DNA of 63,876 nucleotides, filler included, from Rhizaria sp. SCN 62-66 (Eukaryota): NCBI GenBank assembly GCA_001724265.1. It is 3 parts of 3 records of this genome, joined end to end, with 100 filler letters (N's around TTAATTAATTAA, not from the genome) between each part and the next. Parts side by side here need not be neighbours in the genome. Positions count along the whole stretch, not along the records: positions 26,141 to 50,469 come from MEDY01000421.1; positions 50,570 to 63,876 come from MEDY01000524.1; 1 more part is not named here. One strand, 5' to 3'. Shown piece by piece: positions 47,301 to 59,700 of this stretch (position 1 is its first letter; each line of letters starts with the position of its first letter). The notes under the pieces were generated by a model. It saw only the letters and a program-made list of their open reading frames with translations, ran no database searches and was not told where the DNA came from. The position numbers and the translations under genes were made by a program.

Positions 47301-49532
47301 CATCCATAGTACACACACATTCAAATCATACAATTGTGCAAAGTTACAAGTTAGGCCGCGTACCATGGGACTGATGGCGGTCCAGTAGAGCGCGTTAAGC
47401 GCGGCCAGCAGCACCGCGGCCGCGGGCGCCCACAGGGGCCAATCGGTCCATCCGCCGCCGCCGCGCACGGGCACTGCGCCCGCGGCGTCGCCGGCCGCGT
47501 CCGCGCCCGCGTCTGCTAGCACCGAGGTGCGGGCCAGCACGGCGACGGTGGCGGCGGCGCAGTGCAGCAGCAGCGACGGCAGCGCCGCGCAGAGCAGCTC
47601 GCGGCGGACGGCCGCGGCGCCGCGCCCGGCGGCCGGCGCGCCCACGGTGACTGCCGTCGGACCAGTGCCGCCGCCGCTGCCACTGTTATTGAGAGGGCCA
47701 CTGCTCACAGTCGCTTGCTCAGTCTGCTGCTGTTGCTGTTGGACTGGCGCGAGAGAGACAACCGCGGCAGCGTACTTGATGACAATGCGATCGCTGTTAT
47801 TGCTGCCGCCGCAGCTGCTGTTGTTGCGCGAGCGCGCGTTGTGCCTACTCGCAAGCAGCATGGCCGCCGCCGCGGCCGCCGCGCTGCTGGCGTTTACGAC
47901 CAGGCCGCTGCGGCCGCTGGCGCTGCCGCTGGCGACGACGGCGGCGGCGACCGGGGCGACGACCGTGAGCCACCCGTAGCGCCGTGCGTGCGCCAGCGTC
48001 GCCGTGCCGCGCACGACCGCCGCGGCCACGACAGCGCCGCTGTCGACAGCGAGGCCCGCAATCTCGGGCTCGGGCTCGGACTCGGCAGCGTCGATGGCTT
48101 GAGCGATAACGGCGTTGGGACTTGCATCAACAGAAACGGCAGCGTCCGCGTTCACAGCGTTGTTGTCGCTTGCGTTGTGGCCGCCGTTACCGCCGCTACC
48201 GCTGGCATCGCCGGCGAGAGTGAGCGCAAGCGCGGGGAACAGCGAGTCCGTGACCGCGGCTGCCGACCACACCTCAGCCCGCTCGCGCTCGCGGCGCAGC
48301 CGCTTCCGCTCCGCCCGCTGCTGCTCCCGCTGCGCGCGCTGGCGCTCTTGCCGCACGCGCTCGAGCGCCCGCTGCCGGCGGCGCAGTTGCTACTCGCGCG
48401 CGCAAGCCGTCGCGGCCGCCTGAGCCGCCGCAAGCGACGTAGCCAGAGCGGCCGCAGCCGCCTCCGCAGCGGTAGAGCCGTCCGCGGCGCTCGCGTGCGT
48501 GTTGCCGTTGTTGCCGATGTTTTTGTCGCTCGTATTGTTGTTGTTGCTGCTACGAGGCGTGAGCGTAAGCGCGACGCAGGCCTGCGCCGCAGCCAACACT
48601 GCCGCGACCGCGGTGGCCCCGGCGAGCGCGGCCGTGCGCCGCGCGCTCGCATCCAGCGCGACGGCCGCGGCTGCGGCGGCGCCGGCGAGGACTACGAGCC
48701 CGGCAGCCGCGGCAAGCGCCAGGCGTGCCGGCGCGAGGCAGCGGCGGCGCGCGAGCGTGTCGTCGCGGGCCTCGAGCCCGGACAAAACTGCTGCCATCAC
48801 CGGCGCGGGTAGCGGGAGCGACAACAACAGCGGGGCAATGTCCTCCTGATTTGCAGCCGCGGCCGCAGTCGTAGTCAATGGTGGCTTTGGGGTGAGAGCG
48901 TGGGCTGCAGCGTTCGCGTTTGCAGTGCTGCTGCTTCTGATGCTGTTGCCACTCGGGCCACTACTGTCGCTGTTGCAAATTGCTAGCTTAGAGTTTTCTG
49001 AAAACGCCTGTTTAATTAAAGGCATTGTCGGTTGCTCCTGCCCAACCGCATGAGCGCTGTCTGCGTGGCACGCCGTCACCATTGCCGTCGTCGTTATCGT
49101 CGTCGTCGCTGTTGTCGTTATTGGTCGTGGCGCGGCCGTCGACGCAGTGGTAAGAACGCGGTGCAGCGCGTGCAGCGTGCGGATGCGCGCACGGACCTCT
49201 GCGTGCAAGGCGAAGCGGGCCGCACGCAGCAGCTGCAGCCAGGCCACGGCGGCGACGAGAAACAGCAACACGGCGTCCGCCGCGCGAGACGGGTCCGGCG
49301 GGGAGAACGCGAGCGTGGCAACGCAGAGGCCTGCGAGCGCGGCCAGCGCTGCGCAAACAGCTGCGGTGAGCCTGGCGTGGCGCGCGCTGAGGGCGGCGCG
49401 CGAGCTGGAGCACGACTCACCGGCGTAAATGATCAGAAAGGCGATGGACAGGGCGGCTGTGACGCCCGAGAGCGCTAGAAGCACAATAGGCCCGCCAGTC
49501 CACAGCGGAGACATGTCGGCATCGGTAGCCAT
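41350..49532 (-). CDS. Multi-TM + RGS (regulator of G-protein signalling) domain protein, about 2580 aa, with one in-frame TAG at 48390-48392 and a ~1500-aa insertion inside the RGS domain
   Basis: Exons 49532-47364, 47224-46485, 46372-46195 and 46005-41350. RGS pieces LAAVL...GTEAFARFLESELSSENIHFY, AQYLYHTYIAPGSPFE|VNVS, and at the C-terminus VFDTAAKEVFALMNADSFPRF. Several N-terminal hydrophobic helices. Stop TGA. Confidence 0.75.
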
Positions 49533-50230
49533 TGTGCCAGAAAAGCGGCGCTAGCACGCAGAGCCAAGAGGGAAGAGGGAAGCGAGACCGGGGAGCGTGG
49601 CTGCTGCAGTCTTCGGCTTGTCGTCGCAACTTAGGGAGAAAGATGGAAACAACTGCTAAGATTTATGAAAAGGGATACAAGATTTAACGCAAAGATACGA
49701 TTAAATTATTGTCTTCAAATCATTTGGACGATTTTGCGTTGAGCTATAGAGATGAGAATGTAAGGGTGAACCCCCAGCGCCAACTTGAAAAAGATATCGA
49801 GTCGAAAATGAGGGCAATATGGTTGACTATGTCATTGAGTCAGTCATTCATTTCAAAAACTCATATTTATCTTGAATATAGAATCATATAATAGCGCAGG
49901 CCATCATATGGTCTCATGGTTCATGTAGCTATAGCATTCTTAGCCACTTCGATCATGCCCAGTCACCAGTTCACGTCAGTCACGTCACGGGCCTGTGGTC
50001 AAGGGTGGGCTCGTTGTGACACATGATTTCTCTAATTAGAAACAAGACGCACCAACGCGGTATTTCAATCTTTACACTGCACCAAGACGAAGCCACTGTA
50101 CAAATTCAAGAATTATTTGTCCCGACCTTTGTCATTGCGCTCGACCGGAAACTGCCCCAAACTCGCCATTTGGTCATCTTTGGGGTTCGAAACTACACTC
50201 AACGTCACCACTTGTAACCATGGTAAGTAC

Positions 50231-50251
50231 TACGTACGTACGTACGTACGT
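50231..50251. repeat. (TACG)5 self-complementary microsatellite
   Basis: TACGTACGTACGTACGTACGT read directly. Confidence 0.85.
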
Positions 50252-50367
50252 GTCAGAAGACAAACAAGTAAATGTATTTGATAAGGTTATTTGGCACGAT
50301 ACATCTGAGAAAAAAGAAAGAATGTTGCCTAATTAGGATGGTAATGGACATACAGTATGTGAATAAT

Positions 50368-50469
50368 CAAACAAGCAAACAAACAAACAAACAAACAAAC
50401 AAACAAACAAACAAACAAACAAACAAACAAACAAACAAACAAACAAACAAACAAACAAACAAACAAACA
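50368..50469. repeat. (AAAC)n microsatellite running into the assembly gap
   Basis: More than 20 tandem CAAA units read directly. Confidence 0.97.
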
Positions 50470-50569
50470 NNNNNNNNNNNNNNNNNNNNNNNNNNNNNNN
50501 NNNNNNNNNNNNNTTAATTAATTAANNNNNNNNNNNNNNNNNNNNNNNNNNNNNNNNNNNNNNNNNNNN
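50470..50569. other. Assembly gap / artificial contig linker (N44-TTAATTAATTAA-N44)
   Basis: Same six-frame-stop spacer as at 26041. Confidence 0.97.
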
Positions 50570-50982
50570 GCAATTAAAATGATGTGCAGGAACTCAAACA
50601 CAGTTTTACGACATATCCATCAAGATTTCGTCAATAACAGCAATCGGCCCAATTTGTGACCCCCCTGTCACCATCGGTCGACCAACTCAGCCAGCGAATC
50701 TGACCACGAACTAATGCATCATCGGTTGCACATCACCTTAACCGTGAAGAGATTCATTGCAAATCAAAATTTAATTAATTGTGCGAACTCTGCTATTGTC
50801 TTTAATTATACGATCTTACGTCTCCGTCTTGACCACTTTTGCACCATCTGTTCAGAGAGTCAAAACCTTCAACCCAACACACGCGCCCCCCTCGCCTCCC
50901 CTCGCCTCCAGCACCGCCAGCCAGCCCTTCCTTTACCCCGATCCCGGCTGGATCTGCGCAACACCCCTACGGGCGAGGCCCC

Positions 50983-53900
50983 ATGCGCCCCACATCGCTG
51001 ATAACCGCAACGCCACACCCGTCGGCCGTTGCAGCCGCTGCGACCACCGCAGCCACCGTCGCCGCCGCCTCCACCGCCCCCACAGCAGCTTCAACCACAA
51101 ATACAGCTGCGGGCGGCTTCGTTAGTAGTTCGCTGTACCACAACATCCGTGCCCCGACCTGGCGCGTTGTTCCGGGCGTCAGCGTCGGCCCCTTTGTGCT
51201 CGGTACGCTCGATGGCACACTGCCAAGCAAGCTCGACGCGTTTTATTACTCGACTGTGTTTTTCGTCTTACATTAGCTCAATTTATTGATTGATGTTACT
51301 AACAACGTGTTTTATTCTTTAAACGCACGTATTACACCTGTTGTATAATTTATATTCTTATAATTCCTCATTTTATCCGCTTTATCCTCTCTTGCTTGAT
51401 TTCATTGCCATCTGTGAAACGGAAACTTTTTCGTTCTCTGCAACTGTACGCAACTGTACGTCGCATGCTCTGCGCAGGCGACTCGCTGGACAACGTCGTC
51501 AAGGCGATCCAGACCCTCGCGCACGTTCTCGTCGAAACCTCCCTCTCGACAGACCCACTGGCCCCCCACCACGGTGACCTCGTGTTAACGCTCCCCAGGG
51601 CAGGGCTTTCGCTCCGGTTTGACTCGTTCTCTCAGCGTCTGCGCGCCGTCGTGGTCGATGTGGACGCATTCGCGGGGCCAGTTGCCGTTCAGCTTGCTGA
51701 CACGCTCCTGCTGCCTCCTAACAACAGCAGCAACGGTGGTCGCGGTAACGCGATGAGCAGTCCCCTCTCGCAGTCGCACCCTGGCTCTGGCTTTGCGCAG
51801 TCTCAGCAGCAGGGCTTGCCGGTGATGCCGCCAACGCTAGGCACTCTCTGGCGCCTCCTCGGCCCGGGCCCCCACGCCCCGCTCCCGCCCACCACAACCT
51901 CAACCACTCTCCTCCACAACTCCAACAACAACAACAACAGTGGTGGGGTGGGTAATAATAGTGGGAATAATGCGTTCAGTTTTTCGGTTCTGCCGGATCA
52001 CGCGTCATTACAGTCAACGGAGGCATTAGCGCTTGCATCTGCCTCAGCCTCAGCCTCAGCGTCTGCGTCTGTGAATGATGGGACCAGTACAAAGGACTCC
52101 AGCAGTGTCAACCGAGAGAATGACTCAACCGCGAGCAACAACACTAGCCCTAATCCTGAGTCTAACAGCAGCGGCACCAACAGTAGCGCGAATGCTGGCG
52201 GTTATAGTGCGGCGGCGGGGGGCCATAGTACGCAGACGGGGGTCTGGCTGCCCTCGGGCGCCACGAGTCTCTACTACACGCCCAAGACGACCGTCACTGC
52301 GCCCGCGACGATCGCGCAAGCAGTGCACGCAGTCACAACGCTCAACAGCACTGCCAGTGATCCTAGCAACAGCAACAGCAATCTCAGCAACAACGCGGGG
52401 AATGTCATTTTCGACGCTGAGTGCATCGCTCTTTTTTCGGTCCCTGGCATCGCAGCTATTCTCCCCGCAAAGGCCCTCGTCGTCGCTGATACCAACCCCA
52501 ACAACAACAATAACATCAAAGACACTGCCAATGCTACTGGAACTGGAGCTGGAGCGAAGAGTGAGACCACAACGACGACTGAGTCGACCGAGGGTGTCGT
52601 TGTGACCGTGAACACAGTCACCGAGTCCCAGTCCAACTCACAGCAGCGACAGTTGCAGCCTCAACCGCAGTCTGAGTTTGACTCGGAGAGCGGCGCTTTT
52701 CCCCCTCTCGTGACTGTGTGGGGGGTCGTTTCGCCGGTGCGCGCCGTCGCCGCTTTACTTGTATTCCACTCCCTGCCGGCCGCGGCCCCCCGCGTCGCCC
52801 CGCTCTTACCCACCACCACTTCTACAGCAAGTCCAACCGCGGCAGTCGGCAGTCTCGGCACTAATGCAAGCGCGAGCGCGAGCGCGGGTGTGGGTGCGAG
52901 TGTAAGTGTCAATGCGAGTGTAAGTAGCTACTTCACCGAGGCCGTGCTGCCCCCAGTCGCCCTGGCCCGTCTCGCCCGTCTCCCGCTGCCCGCGCCGCCG
53001 CCGCTGCCCGCGCACGACTGGTACATGAAGCCCGTGCTAGCGCTGCCCGGGGTCGGCGTTTTGCTCACGCAGCCGCAAAAAGTTATCATGTTCGGCGCCA
53101 CCGTCCAGGTACGTCGTCTCCACATTCTTCACTAAATTCACAATTTCATCATACCTCCTTTTAACCGCAACGCTAGGACACTAAAATTAGCTCGCATGTT
53201 TTACTAGCAGGATTACATCGATTTAACTTATATTTTATTTTTAAATTTCTGTTGTGCGGATATATACCTTGTAAAGGATGTGACCTCGGTGCTGGGTGCG
53301 CCCGCTTCACTCTTCACCCTGCCGGCCGCCGCCCCCGAGCTCACAGTCACCCCGGCCGCGCCGCTCACGGTCGCTGCCGCCACCAACGCAGCGACGGTGG
53401 CGACTGTGAGCGCGCATGCCGGCAGCTACGCGTTGAACTACACCCCTCTCGGCCTCGACCTCATCATCACACCGGCGACGCACACAGTGACACATATCGT
53501 GTTGTATACTGCGCATCCGGCTCACCCGTCGTTTGGACACCACCGGAAGGCGAATATCATTGTTCCTGCGCCGCGCACGTACATCCACGCGCTGCCGCCG
53601 TCCTTCATCCTCCATGGTACGGAGGCGGGAGGCGGCCATAGTAAGAGGGCGGGGGACGGCGGAGTGGCGCCCGTGGCGTTTCCGCCCGACGCTGGTGTCG
53701 CGGCTGCTGCTGCGGCGGCGCGGGCGGTGTTGTCCTCGTTAGGCGCGCCAACGCACCTGTCAAATGCGGCGGCGAGTGCTGGAGCGACCTATCTGACCAC
53801 GAATCCAACTGCGCACAACAGCAACAATGCAAACATCAACGCGGCGCAAGTGACGACTGCGGGGGCTAGCGCCAACGCCGCTGCCGCTGCTGCTGCTTCG

Positions 53901-55355
53901 GCGGCGGCGGCGGCGGCTGCAGCGTTAGGTGTGGCATCAAGTGCAGTGTTGACCACACGTGCCGCTCATGTTCCCTTAAACTTCTCTAATAGTAGCAACA
54001 CCAACAGCAGCTCTAGCTCTGTGAGTGCGTTTGTGGTTGATATGTGCGATGTTCGTGAAGCCAACGACGAGGCGGCTTACCTTCCGTTCCTTCCGGTCGA
54101 GGACGGCGACGGCGACAGCGGCCATAGTAAGGACGCGGGGGAGCACGGCGGCGCGTACTACAGCGACAACGACTATGACGACGACTGTGATATTGCCGAT
54201 GGAGACGGCAGTGGCAGCGACAATGATGATGGTGACTGTGAGCGCAAGAGTAACGGCAATAACAACAATATTGGCTCCTCTAGTGTCCGACCTATGACTC
54301 TGTGCACCTGTGCTGATAACAACAACAGCGTGAACAGTAGCACGAATGTAAATGACTCTTGCTGCCGTATGTGGTACGACTACTACCGCGAAGAAAACAC
54401 GGTCACTTCTGCTGCTACTGCTGCTACCGCAGCGAGCGCTGCTGTGTCGCCGACAAGCAGTCTCGCCTCGCCCACCTCCATCAGCACCACAAGCAGTACC
54501 AATGTGACGTCTCCGAGCAATACTGCCAGTATGACTGTCAATAGCTCCAACGCACAGTCACCCAACTCTACTGCGAGCAATCTCCAACAGCAACAGCAGC
54601 AGCAGCAGAATGCAGTGCTTTCAGCGTTGGTCAAGGGCGTTTGGGGTCAGTTGCCGTCTCGCCTACCTCTGTTTGCACACTCACACTCGCCGATCACGCG
54701 GCTGGCCGCGGTATTGGCCACAGTGCCCACTGGCGACGGGCTAAGTAACTCGGGGCGGGATGTAAGTACCCCCTCCGGGACTGTGCGTGTGCCAGAGTGT
54801 CTAATCCGCCGTCGTTGCTACCGTCCTCGCACTCGCACGCACGCTCACAGCATTAGCAATAGCTACAACAACAATAACAACGTTGGCATCAACAGTAACA
54901 CGGCACAGCGTGTGTGTGGTCGGTGCAATAACATCCTCCCGTGTTCTCATTTTAACCGCGCCAACGCCTGTGCGAACGCTCACTCTGTCGCCACCGGCTC
55001 TGGCTCTGGCGTTGGCTCTGGCGCTGGCTCTGGCGCTGACGCTGGTGCTACTTGTGATGGGGGTGGTTTCGGTGCCAGTATCGTCGAAGTGTCGCTGCCC
55101 GTGGTGCCAATTCCGCCCCCCGTGCTCGACCCCTTGCCCCACACGCTCGCCAGCCTCTTCGCTGACTCCCACGGGCTCTTCCCCCTGCTCCGCGGCACTC
55201 TGCCGGACTGGTACGTCTACGCGTGGCCCGGGCTCGGCCTCACTGCGCACGTTGACGATGCAGGGTACCTGGGTTCGGTCGCCCTCGCGGCCGTCGCGAG
55301 GCTCGATCTGGGCGCTAGCGTCGTCAAGGGACGGTGGGCGCAGGCGGACAACTGA
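50983..55355 (+). CDS. PHAF1: PHAF1/C16orf70 (UPF0183)-like protein with long Asn/Ser/Ala insertions; start codon uncertain
   Basis: Exons 50983-51202, 51478-53108 and 53277-55355. VVPGVSVGPFVLG|DSL, DLVLTLPRAGLSLRFDSFSQRLR, MFGATVQ|DVTSVLGAP, YALNYTPLGLDLII...THTV.HIVLYTAHPAHPSF. Stop TGA. Confidence 0.8.
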
Positions 55356-56773
55356 GGCACGGGTGCCGCGATGGAGTCGAGTCACAGGTACCTGAGTAAC
55401 CACTGAGTGGGGGAAGCCAGATACGCGATGAGGGATATAAGCGCTTAAATTGCGATATTTGATCTTGACTTGTTTGGCCTGCGATAATTTTTTTCTGTGA
55501 TATTTTTTTAAAAGTTGACGTGAATAAAAAGAACTGATATTTTCATGCAGCACTCAGTAACATGTGACTTTAGCCTTGAATCCGTAAAGAGCTGCTTGAA
55601 GAACTTGAACGATGTGATTTCAATTCAATTCGGACTCGGTGTATTCATCGAAATCCTCCGTGCGAGTTTGAAGAGTCTGGCCGAACTGTTAAGGCCCATC
55701 TCGGAGCGGCACTGCACCGGCAGACAATCGAGAACAGGTGGAAGGCAGAGTAACTTTCGTAGCAAGTCTTGGTTGACAACAGGATGATATCATAGAGCAC
55801 AAGTTGTGTATAATTGGAATTGAAAGAACGGAGGAAATTGCAATGTACAGGTGGTACTTGCAGCTGAAGTGGTTCGGTACGAGGTACGAGACTTTGAAAA
55901 GATGCGTTGTAGTGATGATTGCACAAGTGAACACACATAACTCTGGAACGTGTGCTAACGAGTAACAGCGAGCACGCATGCAATGCGTGCAAGAGAACAG
56001 GCAGTGCTCCCATTGCGCCGTGGTTGATCTGGACAACTGGCATGTGTCGTGTAGTGTGATTTACTGTCCCTCTGGTCTGCGTATGTCGGTATAGGTAGGT
56101 ATGAAGCGCGTTGTTTTGTATTGCTAGGTAAATTTTAGTGATTTGGATAGTGATTGAATTGGTATGAGTCATATAATGTAGGAGTAGTAATAATGACAGA
56201 CGAAACTGACATATGTTGAGTTCAAGAGAAAGAAGAAATACGGAAGTTTGGCCCTTCCGTAGTGTAGGTTAAGTAGCAGCAACTTAAGGTTGCATTACTC
56301 TCTCAAGAATTGATTTTGATATTTTGTTGATATTATTCCGCGCTTTACTTCTTTTGTTGGTCTTGTTATTGTTTAATTTACATCGGTTCTGAGAGTAATT
56401 CTTAGGTAAAAAATGTCTTCGCTTAAGCGTAAGCTTGTTTGTTATTTCTTGTTCGTGCGAGTGCGTTTGCTATTTTGTGTGTTTCAATTGTTGCCTTTTT
56501 TTCATACGGCGAGCTTCTCGTGTGTTACTATTTCTTTTTTACTCTATCAAAATAGGATAAACAAAGCTTTAATGTGTGTTCAAAGCTTAAAAGTCCTAAG
56601 AAGTGAAAATGCATTTCAAACCTCATCGGACCCAGCTAGCAAGCAAGCACCAAGCGCTTGCTTTGGGTTATAATGGTTACGTATTCGGCTATTCGATGGA
56701 TGTGTGGCCGCGCACATAATCAGAATTGCTAATGTGCGCACTCACTCCTGCACAAACTCAGTCAGCGGTGCGT

Positions 56774-59700
56774 TCAAAACGCGTACGCATGGCCCTGGCG
56801 GACGACAAGCTTTCTCAACTTGTCCACCGTCGTCATGCCCAGCAGCGCCGTCAGCGGCACCGGCGCGACTGCGCCAGCAGCAGCACCAGCAGCGCCAGCG
56901 TTCGTGTGAGCGCCTGAGCGGGCAGCGGCGACAACGTCAGCCGCGGCTTCGCCCTGTGCGCGGGGGCTGCCACCGGCGCTGGCGACGGCGGCGGCCGCGG
57001 CGGCGGCGGCCGAGGCCAGCGCCGCCGCACTGTGCGCCGAAGCCGACGCAAACGACGCGGCTGAGCCGCCGACGCGCGCCACCGCAGCGGTCGCCGGCGA
57101 CATCGCGGGCGCAGCAGTCGCACTACTGGCGCTCACGCTCGCAGCCGCAGCAGTGTTGCTGTTGCTGTTGCCGCTCGCGGTTGCGGTCGCGCTGGTGGGA
57201 GCGCTGCCTGTGATGGAGAGCGCAAGCGTGCCGAGAGGCGCTGCAGCGGCGGCGGCGTCGCGCGCGGCCCGCTCCGCCGCCACAGCGCCATGCGCGGCCT
57301 CCGTGGAGTCCGCCGCGCGCCACCCGCACGCCCTAAGCAGCGCGCGCGCAACGTCTGCGGCGCCGGAGCGCACGGCGAGGTCCAGTGCGGTCGCGCCGCG
57401 GTTGTTGCGCGCGGCGGGGTCCGCGCGCGCGGCGATGAGCGTGGCGACGACGGCGGGAGAGTTCTCCGCGCCCTCGCTCGCCCAGTGCAGCACGCGCGCC
57501 CCGTTGCGTGTGTGTGCACCGGCGTCGGCCCCCGCGGCGACCATGGCCGCGATCAGACTCGCGTCGCGCGCCCCCACGGCCCAGTGCAGTGCGGAGACCT
57601 CTGTGCTGTCCGTCACGCGGACCTCGGCGCCCGCGGAGACGAGCGCGAGCGCGACGGGGGCGGCGCGATGCTGGCACGCGAGCAGCAGCGCAGACTGCTC
57701 GTCGCAGTCGACGCTGTCCAGGCATTCCTCGCGGAAGTAGTCTAGGGAAAGCAAGCGGCGGGCGACGGCGCCGAAGTCGCGCGCCTCGCTGTTGGTCACG
57801 CCGCCACTGAGAGCGTTGTCGCCCGCAGCGCCGTTATTGTCGTTATTGTTGTTGCGGGTGCGGCGCGTGCGCGCGCGGGGCGCAGGCGGCGAAGGGGACG
57901 AGACGGGCGTCGCGGCGGCGTCGCTCGCGCTGACCGAGCCCGGCGTGTTGAGGTTCAGACTGGCGAGGCTAGCGCCGCTACGGCTGCGGTGGTGCTCCAG
58001 CGCGCTCTCATATCGGTCCGCGTGTTCGCCGGCGCCTACAGCGCAGAGGTGCAGCAGCGTGCGCTGGTCCTGGTCGACGCCGACGTACCGCGCCCCGGCG
58101 GCCAGAAGCGCGTCGACGCAGCGCGCGTAGCCGCCCGCGACGGCGTGCATGAGCGGCGTCATCGAGTCGCAGTCCTCGGTGTCGACGGCGGCGCCCGCGG
58201 CAAGCAGCGCCGCCACGGACCCGGCCGCGCCCTTGCGCGCCGCGTTGGACAGCGGCGTCGCGCTGTTTAGCCCGTCAATCTTGGGGTCCGCCCGCAGCTG
58301 TAGCAGCAGAGCGACGAGCGCCGCGCCGGCGGGGCCGCGGCGGGCAGCGGCGATGCCTAACGCGGTGTGGCCGTTGATAAGCAGAGGGGAGTTGAGGTCA
58401 GCGCACAGCGAACCAGGCACGATCACGTCAGCGTCATCAGCAGCCACGGCCTGACTTTGAGCCGAAGCGGCTTGACTTTGGTTCGCGAGGAGCGCGGCGA
58501 CGGTGGCGACGTCGCCGCGGCGAATCGCGCGCAGCAGCGGCACGAAACGCGGAGCCTGCACCCTACGCGGCAGCCGTTGCTCCCACAGAGCATCCGCATC
58601 TGCCGCGGCACGGGCGCGCGCGGCAGCACGGGAAGCAGCAGCAGCGCTAGGCGTCGTGGTGTCGCCACCACCAGCAGCGTCGACATCGTCATCGTACTCG
58701 TCGTCTTCGTCGAAGTCGTGCTCGTCGTCGTCGGCGTCGTCGTCGTCGTCGTTGTCGAGGTGCGGGGCGAGCATAGCCTGCTCGTATGCGGCCGCGGCGT
58801 CGGCGTCGGCGTCGGCGGCGGCCGCAGCGGCGGGGAAACCGGCTGCGCGCGCGGCGGCGGCGACGGCGGCGTAGTCAATGTTGCCACTGGCGCTGCCGAC
58901 GAAACCGTCGACGTCGTTGTCGCCGTCGTCCTCGTCCTCATCGTCATCGTCATTACCGTCGTTGTTGTTGTTGTCAAGCCCTTGGTCATCTTGGTAGTAG
59001 CCGTTGCCACCATCGTCGTCGTCGTCGTCGTCACCGTTATTGTACAGCGGCCCCAGGGACGGCATCATGATCCCCTTGCCGGCCGCGGCCGCAGCGGCGG
59101 CAGCCTCGGCCGCGGCTGCGGCCGCCGCCGCCGACGCCGCCGCCGCCAACTGGTGCTGAGGCGACGCAGACGCGGACGTAATCCTCTGCGACTGCAGTGG
59201 TGTACTCCCAGTTGCACCAGCAGCGCCACCGGCAGCTGCAGCAGCAGCAGCAGCAGCAGCGGCGGCGGCGGCAGCGGTAGCGGCAATAACCACAGGAGCG
59301 TTGGCGGCGGCGCCGGTGGCCAGCGCCGCGGAGGCGGAGGCGGAGGAGGACGTCATCGTCGCCGCGTCGCTTGCACTGTGATGCGCTCCGAGAGCGGACC
59401 ACGACTCGCTGGCGTCCAAGGGGGCGTCAAGGTACTTAGACGACGTCGCCGCGTCCATGTACGAGGATGAGTGGTCTAAGTACCTCTGCGCGGCGTCTAA
59501 GTGCCCGCTGCCGCCGTCTAAAGGGGAGACGAGACTCGCAACGGTCGCCGCGGCCACAGCGGCGGACGAGTCGAACGGCGACGCCGCCGACAGTGACAGC
59601 GACAGCGAGTGAGACAACGAGGCCAGCGGCGACGACCGCCCGTCACCAGAGCTCGCGTTGTTGTTGCTGTTCTGTGCCGCCGCTGCTGTTGGGATCATGC

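Noticed and set aside
49971-49987. Tandem TCACGTCA (TGACGTGA, CRE/UPRE-like) upstream of the RGS gene
   Set aside because: A short motif that also occurs in an intron (~29918) and a 3' region (~55456), so there is not enough support to call it regulatory.
55545-56673. Several 80-175 aa ORFs between the convergent PHAF1-like and ankyrin genes
   Set aside because: AT-rich, with no recognisable motif or host codon bias. A decayed gene cannot be excluded.
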